Source: Saccostrea cucullata
Taxonomy: Eukaryota
Direction: 5' to 3'
DNA: 64,000 nucleotides
NCBI RefSeq assembly: GCF_032062105.1
Contig: NW_026941041.1
Location: 62,001-126,000, forward strand
This document shows positions 52,253 to 64,000 of the stretch, piece by piece; position 1 is the first letter of the stretch; each line of letters opens with the position of its first letter. The position numbers were made by a program, and so were the translations under genes. The notes beneath the pieces are model-generated. The model had not been told where the DNA came from, ran no database searches, and worked only from the letters and a program-made list of their open reading frames with translations.

Positions 52253-54073
52253 ATGCCAAAAGCATACAAGCAACGGAAAAGAGAACCTTACAGCTCTGAG
52301 AGTATGCAGAATGCAGTGTCCTCTGTAATGAAAGGCACTTACTCCATTAGAAAGGCTGCAGAAATGTTTAATGTAAATAAATCAACCTTCCATGACACGA
52401 TTAAAAAAAAGTATAAGAACCCTGGTCAACCTGGTAGAAAAACAGCGATCCCACCAGAAGTTGAACAAAAGATAGCAAATGCTTTGAAGGAAGCATCTAA
52501 ACAGGGCATGGGCATTTCAAGGCGGCAATTATTGCGCCGGGTAGGCAGTTTATGCAAAAAAATGAAAATCGAGGTTGATCAATTTAAGCAACAGACCCCC
52601 GGAAAGGACTGGTTTGTTGGTTTTATGAAGCGACATCCAACACTGTCAATTCGCAAACCAGAGAAGTTAGCGACAACAAGAGCAAGGATGACAAATCCGG
52701 CGATAGTCTCAAAATATTTCGATGATCTTGGGCAAATTCTGAAAAATCTTGGCTTGTTATCAAAACCTGCGTGCATATGGAATTGCGATGAAACTGGAAA
52801 AAGTTTTGAGCACACACCAGTAAAAGTCATTGCGGAAAAGGGATCTAAGGCTGTGGTAGGGAGGACATCATCATGCAGGACAAATATAACGGTCATGGCA
52901 TGTGTGAATGCTGCTGGGGGTAAGATGTCTCCATTGTTTATTGTCAAAGGCAAGACATCCAGATCCTTGCATGGATTTAACACCCTTGCTGCCCCACAAG
53001 GAACACGCTGGCACTACCAAGCTAATGGCTGGATGAATGACGACATTGGCGAAAAATGGTTTGAGGACGTTTTCCTTATGGAGTGTGGCACAGAAAGGCC
53101 CCAGCTCCTGATTCTGGATGGCCACTCCTCCCACGAGAGTCTTTCCATCATTGAGTTGGCCATCCAGAATGATATCCACATTCTGAGCCTCCCTCCTCAT
53201 ACTACACATGCCCTTCAGCCTCTTGATCGCTGTGTATTTGGTCCGCTTAACAGCGCCTACAACACTGAATGCTCAAACTTCCTTAACCAGAACCCACTCA
53301 ACAACATCAACAAATGGTCATTTCCAGGTATTTTGGCCGTTGCCTGGGAAACAGCTGTCTCCAAAACAAATATCCAAGCTGGTTTCCAATCATGTGGCAT
53401 ATTTCCGTTTAATCCATCAGCTGTTGCTCCTGAGCTGTTGAAGCCTTCCATTCCTTCAGATAAGCCCAAACCCCTTCTGTCTTCCGCAGATGAAATATCA
53501 TCAACCACCACTCTTTCTAAGCATTCTGAGGTATCCTCTGGTCCCCCCTCGGTTTCTGGTCCTTCTGTATCTTCTTCTAGTGGTCCAGTATCTTTCACTA
53601 TTGTCTCTTCAGGAGTTGGTTCATCCTTATTGCCTACAGTCACCCCATCTACACGACAGGATCTTTCCATTAATGAGGCCCCTTAAATCAATGACAGTCA
53701 AGATAGTACAATAAGTCTTGTTTCACATGTTGACAATATGACAACTCCTCCCTTGGCAGATGACCCAGAAATGCTACTTGCATTGATAAATGATGGCCAT
53801 GTAGAAGTATTTACCCCAGACAAAGAGGGCACAGTTGAAATTCATCAGTCTGGCATTTGGGATTCCGCCATATCAGACATTTTTCTCCCACTTCAGTCTG
53901 TTGAACCAAATAAACCAGCTGAGCCTAAACCGAGATCAAAGTCTTCATCTCACAGACTCTTGACCTCGGAAGAAATTCTTCTGGAAAAACAGATGATGTG
54001 GCAGAAGAAGGAGAATGCTAACCTGAAAAAACAAAAGAGAAAGGAAAAGCTTGATTTAAAGAAAAAAAAATGA
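52253..54073 (+). CDS. pogo/Tigger-like transposase (HTH_psq, CENP-B HTH, DDE_1), with a break in the C-terminal tail
   Basis: ORF 52253-53686: SIRKAAEMFNV, GKDWFVGFMKRHP, WNCDETG, ILDGHSSH, LQPLD (35 residues between the 2nd and 3rd D). The tail continues as 53738-54073 (RLLTSEEIL, Lys-rich end). Confidence 0.92.
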
Positions 54074-54399
54074 ACCCCTTCATACATTTAATCTGATGAC
54101 AAAAGTTTGATTGACAAATTGTTTATTTATTGTTTCTGTTAAGCATGATATTTATTTCATTGTTGATGACGAGTATTTTATACTTAACAAGGCACCACTA
54201 CAAGAATGAATACCTTAAGTTTCTGTATTTTTATATGTTGACAACTGAAAACGAGTCACCAGAAAATTACTGTAAACTGGTTAATTTAAATAATTCATAC
54301 TGTTAACTGGTTAAATAAATAAATACCCTTTCTGGCATGAAGTTCCCAGCTGTAAAATAATTTCAATTTCTCATGTCTCTTTTTAAAGGTGTTGATTAT

Positions 54400-54552
54400 T
54401 TAAGGAATGAATTTAATAGCTACCCATTTTATAAACTGGGTTGGGGCAGTTTACGCTTTATAAACAGCGAAGCGGAAAAGGCGTAGAAGTGCTCCAACCC
54501 ATGCAGTTTATACCGTATAAAATGGGTAGCTATAAAATTCATTGCTTATAAT
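54400..54552. mobile_element. Long hairpin element (Crypton-like) nested in the pogo element
   Basis: TTAAGGAATGAATTTAATAGCTACCCATTTTATA...TATAAAATGGGTAGCTATAAAATTCATTGCTTATAAT. Confidence 0.55.
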
Positions 54553-57500
54553 TTAATTTTCATTTATTTTATGTAAGGAAAAAAGATGATTGTTCTAACA
54601 AAATGACTTTTAATTTGTACAAAATTTGATTGTCGTCAGGCGGATTGATACGTTTTTGACGGAAGTCATTGTGACGTAGGCAACCCATTTTATACGATAT
54701 ATAAAAGTAATTTTTTTTATCTTATTAATTACAGCGTTACAACCAAAATTAATTTATTAGCAACTTGTTGTAACGTTATTTTTAAAAGGTGTATTCTACT
54801 TCTCCCAAGATCGTATGTGTGTGTGTGTATATCCTTACTCTGAGTTTCTGATCAAATTAAAGTATTTTAAAGTTCCTAAATTAACTTACCATTGATGCTT
54901 TTCAGTTACGATGATCTTAGCGTTCTTTTTTCCTTTTGTTAATATATGACTTCTTCTCCGCTGTTTACAGCTGTATAACTTGTCATCAATGCGACTGACG
55001 CTTTAATTTATATATCCAATGGCTATTCCATTATACCAAGGGGTTGTCAGGTCATTCCATTGATTGATGCAAAAAGGCATTGATTTTTTTTTACCTTTCA
55101 ACGCGTGCCTCAACAAACAGACTTTCAAGGGACTGTTGCGTTTTTTTTTTTTGTTTAAAGTCATATACGCTATATGAACGCCGAATTTAGGTTGAAACAA
55201 AATGATCAACGATTTAAAACACATGAAGTATAATAAAAAATAATACTTTCCACAAAATTGTACTATAGATGTCGTTGTAATAATAAAACAATTAAACAAT
55301 ATCTAGGAATCAAGTATTCAGTCTTTTCATGAATATTGATAAAGGAAGTGCGTAAACAGTAGGCCTATATATAGAAACACATGTCCACGGGAAATCACAG
55401 ACAACGAGGTATGTGGCATTTTGACAACAATTATTAATGTAAGGTTAATATGCATCATAACAGAGAAGATTGTTGATACTTAAATACATTAAAAGGTAAA
55501 GTACCATTAAGTATCCACGTCAAAAGTGAGTAGTATCTCAAACGGTCTACCTTGTTTTCTTTACGCCACGTGTGTTTATCAATCTAAAAGTACGGCGTCA
55601 CGTGATGGATTTATTTAAAAATAGCTGTTTTTCTTTCCTTGCAGGATAATAAATAATTATAATTTGATAACTTTGTAACGCGTTTAATTTTAATGGTGTA
55701 ATTTACAGTATTTTCGTAACTTTTCTTGATAAACAAATTGTATCAATTTCCAATCCTATTTTAACTGGCGCAAGTTATAGCGTGTATACTTTTAAACGGA
55801 ATGAAAATGTTTAAATGAAAGGCCGGTCTCTCTTTCCGGCATCAACTGAAGTTTTATTCAGTATCACTATGGTTAAATTATGATCGCAGTTTCCCGGTAG
55901 ATGTTTATTAATGTACCTCAGCGATTTTAATGTCAACCAAATATAAAAGCTCGCTTAAAAAAAAAAGAAATTCAGATTAATAGCGATGTCAACTTGTCGA
56001 AATGATATTTAAAATTCATAAATACCCCCCCCCCCCTCATCCATCGAAAAAAATCTTACTTTGTACATCTTCTGTCTCATTCTTGGCTTCTTCTTTGATG
56101 AATATTCATTCATTGTGTTTAGAATAAAAGAATTTGCAAAAATAGATATTCTGACGCAAAAAATCGAATTATTGGTCTTTTCTGTACTTTTAGCCTAAAT
56201 TAGTATTTACTATAAAGCCACAGTACACCACATAAATAAACAATGATAAAGTTATACACCAAAAAAATCGTAGAATTTTCATACACATCCATATGTGTGT
56301 GTTTGTAAAGGGAAGGGGGGGGGAGTAGTGACATATCAATCAGGATCGGATTATTTATGTTATTCTCATTTGATGGTATATAGTTTTATTCTTTTAAAGA
56401 ACAGATTATTTATTGTAAAATGCAAACTCCCCTCTCATCAAAAACAAATGGTCGTCCCCATAGATTCTGAAGTCCAAAAGTAACAAACGAGATGTAAGAT
56501 ACTAAGAAATTTAATTTTAAATATTTCTAAATAGAACTGTATTAACAACTGAGATGCTTTATATAATCGTGCTGCGGATCTTTGAAATCTTACAAATAAT
56601 CTATTTACTTACTGTATGCTATTATTTGGCATTGCACGTTTACGCCGCCATACAAGATTGGCCTGTCCGGATTTACCCGCATTGTGTCCGGATTTACCCC
56701 ACTCTGCCAATACGTTTTATTTTGCTAATATTTGAATAAGACCTGGGGGAAAACAATCTAAAACATCAATTTATCGAGGATTATGCATGGAATTCACACA
56801 TCGATTCAAAACTGGGTTACCCATCAATCAGTTTCGCGCTGCTACTCCCACCGAACAACGCTTATGTGAGTTTTGTCCGGAATTACCCGAATTTACCCTA
56901 TGTATTGCAACTTGCTTTTCAATTTTAACTTGTTATACTTGACAAAAAACAAGAGGTACTGTGAGCAATGAACTGACTAAATGATACCCCCGCCTCCCAT
57001 ATGATTATAATGGAAAAGTCCATGTTTTGCTGTGGCCGGGAAACCCAAAATATTTGTCAGGTCAAAAAGTAAAAGAGGAGGTGCACAATGACAATATGTA
57101 ATAAAGATTCTGTGAAGGTTTCATTAAATTTCACTCAGTGGTATAAGAGGAATTGCGGATAAGATATGAGGACATATTGTTTATTCTTGTTCCTTGGTTT
57201 CAATACTACAATCCATCAAAATATTTATCACCCCCCCCTTTAAAAAGATTATGCTTCAAATATATGTCATTAAAGTTTTGCACATGAGAACCTGCAAACA
57301 TGCTTCCGCCTATCAGTACTCTCAGTACTTTGATTTTTTTATTAATTTTTGTTTTTCTGAAATTTAAATTTACTGAAAATCTATTTTATCAAATACTTTT
57401 ACGTTTCAGCACTGTGAAAAAAGATGATTTAAAACTAATTGACAAAGTGCACTTTGTATGCCAAAACTTATTATTAGAAAGATGATAAGAATAAAAGTAT

Positions 57501-57708
57501 TTATTCAAAATTAAGAAAGAAAACAACCATATGAAAGTATTTTTAGTGAGAGATTATGAAGAAGTTAAAACTCGTAGATGACTGATGTATTGCTTTTAAC
57601 TATAAGATAAAAAGAATAAAAAAAAAAGCAAAAACTATCCAGCTTATCATATGAGAAAGAAGTTCATGCAAAGTCCTCCCGTTTTTCGAATTCTTCATCA
57701 GATTAAAA

Positions 57709-58383
57709 TTACAAACGTCCCCAAACAATGACTTCTGCAACAGAGAGGTAGTTGTTCCATCCCTCCACAATCTGTATCTGAACATAACGACCGAATGTGT
57801 TGAACGGACAAAACACTGCGATCCGCTCCCCGGATCTGCTGCAAGATCCGGTAAAATGGCCGCATAAATGCATGTCGTGCAAATCATTGCCAACTCGTAT
57901 ATCAACGTCATGAAGTCGTTGAACTAAAAGAAGAATTCAAAAAAAGCGAAAGAATATAGAGTAATACAGTATACTACATGTGTCTAAAGCTACATTTACA
58001 GATACAATTGTAAGTGAGAGAAGACCCAAGAAAAACCCTCATCTAATCTACAAAGGTGCTTACAATGCAAATGTCAATGATAAGATATAATGAAACTTAC
58101 AACAACAGTCTTTCCTACCAAATACTTCTACTTCATGGACTGTGTAGTTTCTGCCAAGATTAATTCTAATCCATGGATTTTTTTCCAGGTCGGTATGGGT
58201 GAAATCCGTAAAGACACCGTTTACAGCATTACCTGCCAGTGGGGTACTTCCCCAACTGGGGTCCGTGCTTTGAGAGGCAGACTTTCCATATGCCACATTC
58301 TGAAGAACGTTGTGACCAATCGAATATTTGATTTCAGAGTTGAAAGCCAGAAATATAATAAACAGCCGGTAACAATTTATCAT
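57709..58383 (-). CDS. F-type lectin (fucolectin), paralog B (165 aa)
   Basis: Exons 58383-58101 and 57923-57709 (same 283+215 nt as paralog A); H-x26-RKDCCFQR motif. Confidence 0.92.
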
Positions 58384-58447
58384 TATTGAATTGATCGCGA
58401 ATATCTCCCTTGTCGTTACACTCTCCCAAATCTAAAGCTTTCGTCAC

Positions 58448-58513
58448 CACCGTTTTGCTGACACTGTTTAACACAAGGAAGACCGTTTTGCTGACACTGT
58501 TTAACACAAGGAA
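58448..58513. repeat. 33-bp tandem duplication just upstream of lectin B
   Basis: accgttttgctgacactgtttaacacaaggaag twice. Confidence 0.85.
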
Positions 58514-59034
58514 GATTCTTATAAATGCGAAGTTCATTTACTTGAAGTCATTAATAATGAGACGAGAGCACTTGAAGCTAACTACATGAAGTTTCAGTTA
58601 AAATTGATATTCGTTATTTGGTACATCATGTTCTTTTAACCTTATATCTGTAAGCTGATTTTTTTCTGTTTTGAGCTACATGTATTTTTTGTTTGTACTC
58701 TTTTTTATAAATGAATTCACAGTTAGAAATGTCTATGCCTTACACATTGACATTTTTAAAATCTATACTTACCTATTCTACAACTTAAGAAGCTGTAAAT
58801 TATAAAATCATGGAAACATCTATCATAGGCTCATCATCGAAGATTTCTACTCTAGTAGCGAACAACCATGAGCATCCATACCAGCTCGTTTGACTTGACA
58901 ATGTGTGCCAACAATAACATGTATTTGCCTCATTGTAACATTGCCTGGTGCATGTGCATTGTGTTGTAGTTGGCTCTTTGAATCAGTAGTTATAATTTTT
59001 TAAAGCCTGATAGTGGACACAATGTATTAGATTC

Positions 59035-59196
59035 TTTGTTTGCTATTTAACTTCCTTCTCCAGATTTTTTCACTTATGGAGACGCCTCCACTTGCCGGTG
59101 AAGGACGGCAAATTTATACTCATGCCGGTACTCAGGGCTGTTGAGCAGTGAAGGATCTTTTTCGTGCCAACATCTACTACGACAGGTACCTCGGTT
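59035..59196 (-). mobile_element. SINE 3' fragment
   Basis: ttttcacttatggagacg...gccggtgaagg...gagcagtgaaggatcttt...gtgcca; same family as 19476-19534. Confidence 0.6.
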
Positions 59197-59439
59197 ATCT
59201 AATTTTTCCTTCCCTTAATTTTTCCCCATGAATACTCTATATATAAACTTATGATTGTCTCTACCATCAGGGAAAATTTCATTAGTATACATTACATATA
59301 TATCACATCATGTAAATTAGTGAAGTACATTTAGTAGTAGTAGTACATGTATGTTAGTAGTTATTTGGTATCATCATCAGGTCATCATACATAAAACAAA
59401 TACACAGAATTTTAAAAGACGAAAGTTGATAATAAAGAT

Positions 59440-59950
59440 TTTGTAAATAGATAATTTAAGTAAAAACATTTTTAGAAATAAAATTCAAGGTGACTAGATA
59501 GATACCAGGATATCCCATTAAAGCTCGAGATCTTATTTCCAATCGGGTCCTATCTTAAATAACTTTAAAGAATAAATAACAATACAATGTAATGAATGTT
59601 CCATCATTAAAGCACTATAATAATTCTGGCACAGTTTGTTTTTAGCATAAACATCTAAATTGAGATTAAGTATGATATCATTGACATTATCAATAAAATA
59701 ATAAAATATATTTTATAAACTAGTACATATCACTTTCCTCCTCTAAAATGCCTTTTTGTTAGACAAAACACTTGACCTGTTTCTTAAAAGTATTCTTTCC
59801 TTTTATACACTTGATAGAGGCTGGTGAAAAATTCCAGTCTTTTATGCCTTTATAGTAAAAAGTGTCTGCTTGACATGTTATCACATGAGGTATAAAAAAA
59901 TCTTCATTAGTGGATGCTCTGGTGTTGCGTGAAGACACAGCTGATCTTAG
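59440..59950 (-). mobile_element. LINE (CR1/L2 group) 3' end remnant
   Basis: Minus translation NTRASTNEDFFIPHV...TFYYKGIKDWNFSPASIKCI...FKKQVK, followed by a 3'UTR stem-loop at about 59505-59550. Confidence 0.6.
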
Positions 59951-61949
59951 AGTAATGTTAATGTTACTTAATGTTTCAAAACTCTGAAAAAGAGAAATAC
60001 TAGTACCTGCACATCGCCATTACAATGGAACAGTTTCAGTCTGCTTATTTCTGGAAACTATTTGCAATAATACATATATAATACGCTGGTATGAAAATAG
60101 CTAGAGAGTGCAAGCTGATATTCTAGAACAGTAAACTGCTGTAAAATTAGAGTCTTATTCTTCCTTTTTTCTTTATTAATTTTACCAACTTATCATCGTA
60201 CATCACTCCGATTTAGTTTGTACTGAGGGATTGGAGAAGTATTTCCTAATATAACAGGATGTAAACCATGTTTTTAGGGCACATGTATCAAAGTAAGTAG
60301 GAAGAATATTGTGATCATTTTCTGCAGCTCTTCTAACTGGTTGGTGACTACAGTTCTCATAGTTCCTATTTATATTAAAAAGAAATCAAAATAGCATTTC
60401 TAGTTTTTTCGGGAAAAAACTAAACTCGATTAAAATATATCATAAAAAGCATCAAATATTTTCATAATATTTGACTGTATTGTAAAGCTCTGAACCAACC
60501 TCTGTCCACCATAATTCAAAATGGATGAATTGCCGTCATTTTGAACGCGCGTTCCCACTTTAACATCTCTCAAAACATCATCATATATATCTGACAATTC
60601 CAAATTTTTATTGATCTATTATTAATGACTTCTAAACAAAACACTCATGTAAGAACTTATTATTAGCCCCAAAAATCCTTTCTTATCTGTTGGGTTCACT
60701 TATTCAGAATTCTCATTTGGGTCCAAATCTTTTAACACTTCTCAAGTTCCTCGCTTTGATTCTCTAAGACCTTGAAATAAACTTCTCTAACTTCAAAAAT
60801 ATACATGTATATACATAATTAAAAAAATCGAAAAGTAAACCACTCAGAATTAAGTTTTTGACGATTTTGGGAAATTCATGCGATTGCCATTTTGATTTCA
60901 TTAGGACCACTGTATTGCTAGACTCAATAATATTTTTTGACGTCGAAACTTCTTTCTTGCCACCTTTTTTTTTTTAATCAGGTCAAGATTATTATGTGAA
61001 ATTATAACGAATAACGTAAAATATTAGATATGCTTTTACATGTACTAATTGATGTCAGCTGGCGGCATTTAGAATAAAAATAAATATAAAATGATTTTTA
61101 TTTTCTGTGTTATCTGAATTTCATTGAAACGCATGAAAGAAGTAGTATTTGAGTGCTAATGTAAGCTTAATTAACATATGGAGATAACGAACAGTATTTA
61201 AGATCAAAAGCATTCTAGATATAATAAAATCACAATACTCTTTACTTCCGACGTTTACCGACGACATTATAATCCATTGTTATCATGACTTGTCGAGATA
61301 GTTATCTTGATTTGACATGATATGCTACTTTTCACAAAAAAGGTATGTGGATGGCATAACTATGCCACCATATTTTAGTTCTGCCAGACCGAGATACCTC
61401 TTTCATGACTTGAGTCGTACTTGGATGTCATATTAGGTCGTCTATTGATCAAGCTCCTTATAAAAGGGTATGAAACAAGAAAAGTATAAAACACTTGTAT
61501 CTTCCTGAGAGAAGTCTATTTTCATAGACGGCCAATTAAAATACTTCTACTCTTAATTATCAATGGAGCTGCTTTGAATGTTTGTGCATCTAGTAATCTA
61601 ACTAAGTCATTTTGTTTAGTTTCCTTATTTAGTAGAAACAAATGAATTATCGATGTCTCCTAAAAATACCTATAATCGGCATCATTATCAACTTGAAAAT
61701 GGGTTTCTTTTGATCTTTTTATCTTTTTTGTTGATATTCGTAATTGATATCAACTGACCTTCGGTCATTTTGTACAAATATGAGATTATGATAAATAATG
61801 CATAAACTTATAAAGCGTTTGATATAATTAAAATTAGCTGTAAAGCGCTGTAGAAAAAAACTATAAAGAAATAAATCAAATTTAAATATATATGTTATTA
61901 CAAATTAAAATTTTACAATAAATCTTAAATAAAATTCATACAATTACAT

Positions 61950-63700
61950 ACACTCTTCAAAAAACTGGGAGTGTAAGGGCATTTTTTGTTGCTAAAATGT
62001 ATGCGACAAGTCTAAAAAACTTTTTTAAAAATATCATTGTCTTCAAATTTCTTTAAAAAATGTCCAGGAACTGAATCTGTATTATGTTATAAGGAATGTC
62101 GTTTTAAAAAAAAGGCTGCTGCCCAACTGAGCTCCGATTGCAGTGATCTTGCGGACTTGTATTCAATTATGAAACCAACCCTCGAACAATGACATTTTTT
62201 AATCGAGAAGACAGTACATAATACTTACAAGATAAAATTTATCTTATAAGGGCAATGTTTGAAAAGAATATAATAAATTCTTATTACCAAATTACAGTTT
62301 ATCTAAAAATGGTTTATCAGAATTATTTTCTTACGAATAGAATCAATTGAGTGGGCAATGTGAAACGATATGCCAGTGAAAGGGTATATTGCTTTATAAG
62401 TGAGAGAAATTGGTGATAGAAAAGTTAAAATCACAAGTTCATCATAATATTTGGTTGTGAGGTTAACATTTTCGTCTTTTTCTAGTAAAATATCCAAATG
62501 TTAGACCGATGTTTCATATTATATGATTAAAAGTTTATTGAATGGAAAAACAAGGCTTATGAATGCAAAAAATTATGGCTTATTCATAATACATGTAGTG
62601 ATGTTGTCAGTATACTTAAAATTCGAGTTGAAAGCCAAAGACAAAATCTTTTTCTTCTCGTTTATAAGTGTTTTTTTTTTATATATTACATGTAAATTCT
62701 TCAAAGGAACGCAATAATACTGTAGATGTACTTTTTTCCACGGGGTCATAATTCCGCGAAATCTCAATTTCTGTTTAATCCGCGGGTAGAAAATTACGCG
62801 GATTTTCTAGATTGACACTATATGCCTTGCATTTATTTTAAGTACGCTTGGACAAATTTCCGCGGAAAATTTGTGACCGCGTACATAGTGTAAATTAGTA
62901 CCACGCGGAAAAAAGTACTTCTACAGTAAATAAATCTCCTGACAGCTACGTAATAATTATCAATCACAAATTCGTGCCTTTTTAAAATAACAAGTTTAGA
63001 CTCATTGATCAAAATATATCTTTTAGCCAAATAATTTTGGAAAAGACTGGCGACAAGGTAAATAAATTTACAATTTCCTTTTTTAAAGCATCTGTCTATA
63101 ATGTCTAAAACAGGATTTGATTTCTTCGTTGGAAACTGTGGTACATGTTTTTGAAAGTGGAGATGAACAGTTGAAATCTTTAAAATTAATAATTATGGTA
63201 CATTCTTACTAGCCACATTTTCTAAAAGTTCCTTGAAGTCTTAAGTATCGATCTTATTTACACCACCTTTCGAATACATTGTTATATTCGTGGGCCTTCT
63301 CTTTTATTGCATTCAGTTTAATGAGATGTAAAGAAAAAATGGTTTGGTGGAACATTAACTTGGACCGACAATGTATTTTGTATGTAAGGATTTTCTCAAT
63401 TTTTGGAGTCCAGTAGGGAATGGTAATTTAAAAAGTCATTTGGATAGTTGGAACATTCAGTTTATCTAAAGCTAACATAGTGGTCATTATTTCAATAGCG
63501 GTTAATCAAATGACCATAAAGAAAGAAAAAAGAACTTCATTTGAATACAATTCCCTGCATGAAGCATTTCCATAATAATGACATAAAATTTATCAAAAAC
63601 AAATAGTTTGAAAACGTTATATGCAAGGGAGAATATACAGAATTTAATTCTATTTAAGTAAGCATAACATGAAGCACATCAATATATTTACATCCGTATT
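61950..63700 (-). pseudogene. Highly decayed LINE RT-region remnant (possibly the same element as 59440-59950)
   Basis: Only faint RT-like translations (e.g. YKAIYPFTGISF...DSIRK); many stops. Confidence 0.3.
62720..62926. mobile_element. Tc1/mariner-type MITE
   Basis: TA|CTGTAGATGTACTTTTTTCC...GGAAAAAAGTACTTCTACAG|TA with internal ccgcg motifs. Confidence 0.8.
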
Positions 63701-64000
63701 ATAGCCCTAACAACTTATTCAAAAAAAATGAAAGTGCAGGTAAGTCTCATATCTTAACTAGCAATGTTTACATGTACTTCTTCCCTTCACATGATCCCGC
63801 CTCTGAGATTTTAGAGGCTTTAGTTTGCTCTTCATATGCCCCCAGTTTTGATTGTTACAATGGATCATTCTTTACTTTTTGTCATTTGTAATTGCATTTA
63901 AGATATAATGCTACGTAAAATAAGACCATGATATTATCTCAGATTGGCTTATGTGTGTGTTGACATGTTATTTTCACTTATTATGAATTTATTTATTCAT

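Larger units (their letters stand above)
49857..56898 (+). mobile_element. Full-length pogo-superfamily (DD35D) DNA transposon, 7042 bp, with HIRAN cargo gene
   Basis: 25-bp TIR GGGTA(T/A)ATTCGGGTAATTCCGGACA with 1 mismatch; TA TSD at 49855-49856 and 56899-56900. Subterminal motif copies at about 49883, 50278, 50311, 56665 and 56686. Confidence 0.92.

Noticed and set aside
52579-53714. Overlapping and antisense ORFs across the transposase
   Set aside because: Shadow ORFs of a relatively GC-rich coding region with no recognisable motifs.

Overview
AT-rich, intron-containing eukaryotic DNA. The 166-bp satellite inside a Helentron-type (HINE) element and the SINE/MITE repertoire point to an oyster (Ostreidae). 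I reconstructed nine spliced genes by hand from GT-AG sites and reading phase, plus one weaker microprotein candidate. The nine are: a 460-aa type II membrane HIT/GalT-fold protein, two secreted prokineticin/astakine-fold paralogs, an SLC46-family transporter, two secreted permuted-papain (PPPDE/LRAT-like) paralogs, a universal stress protein and two F-type lectins. About a third of the window is transposon-derived, including nested LINEs and many MITEs with clean target-site duplications (TSDs). Three candidates for something new stand out. (1) A complete 7.0-kb pogo-type (DD35D) transposon carries a stand-alone HIRAN-domain gene that appears to share one leader exon with the transposase. (2) The two PPPDE/LRAT-fold proteins have signal peptides, furin sites and an intact His/Cys dyad. 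(3) A 12-copy 55-bp array built from a USP splice acceptor could supply frame-preserving 27-nt micro-exons. No searches were run; family calls come from motif recognition.
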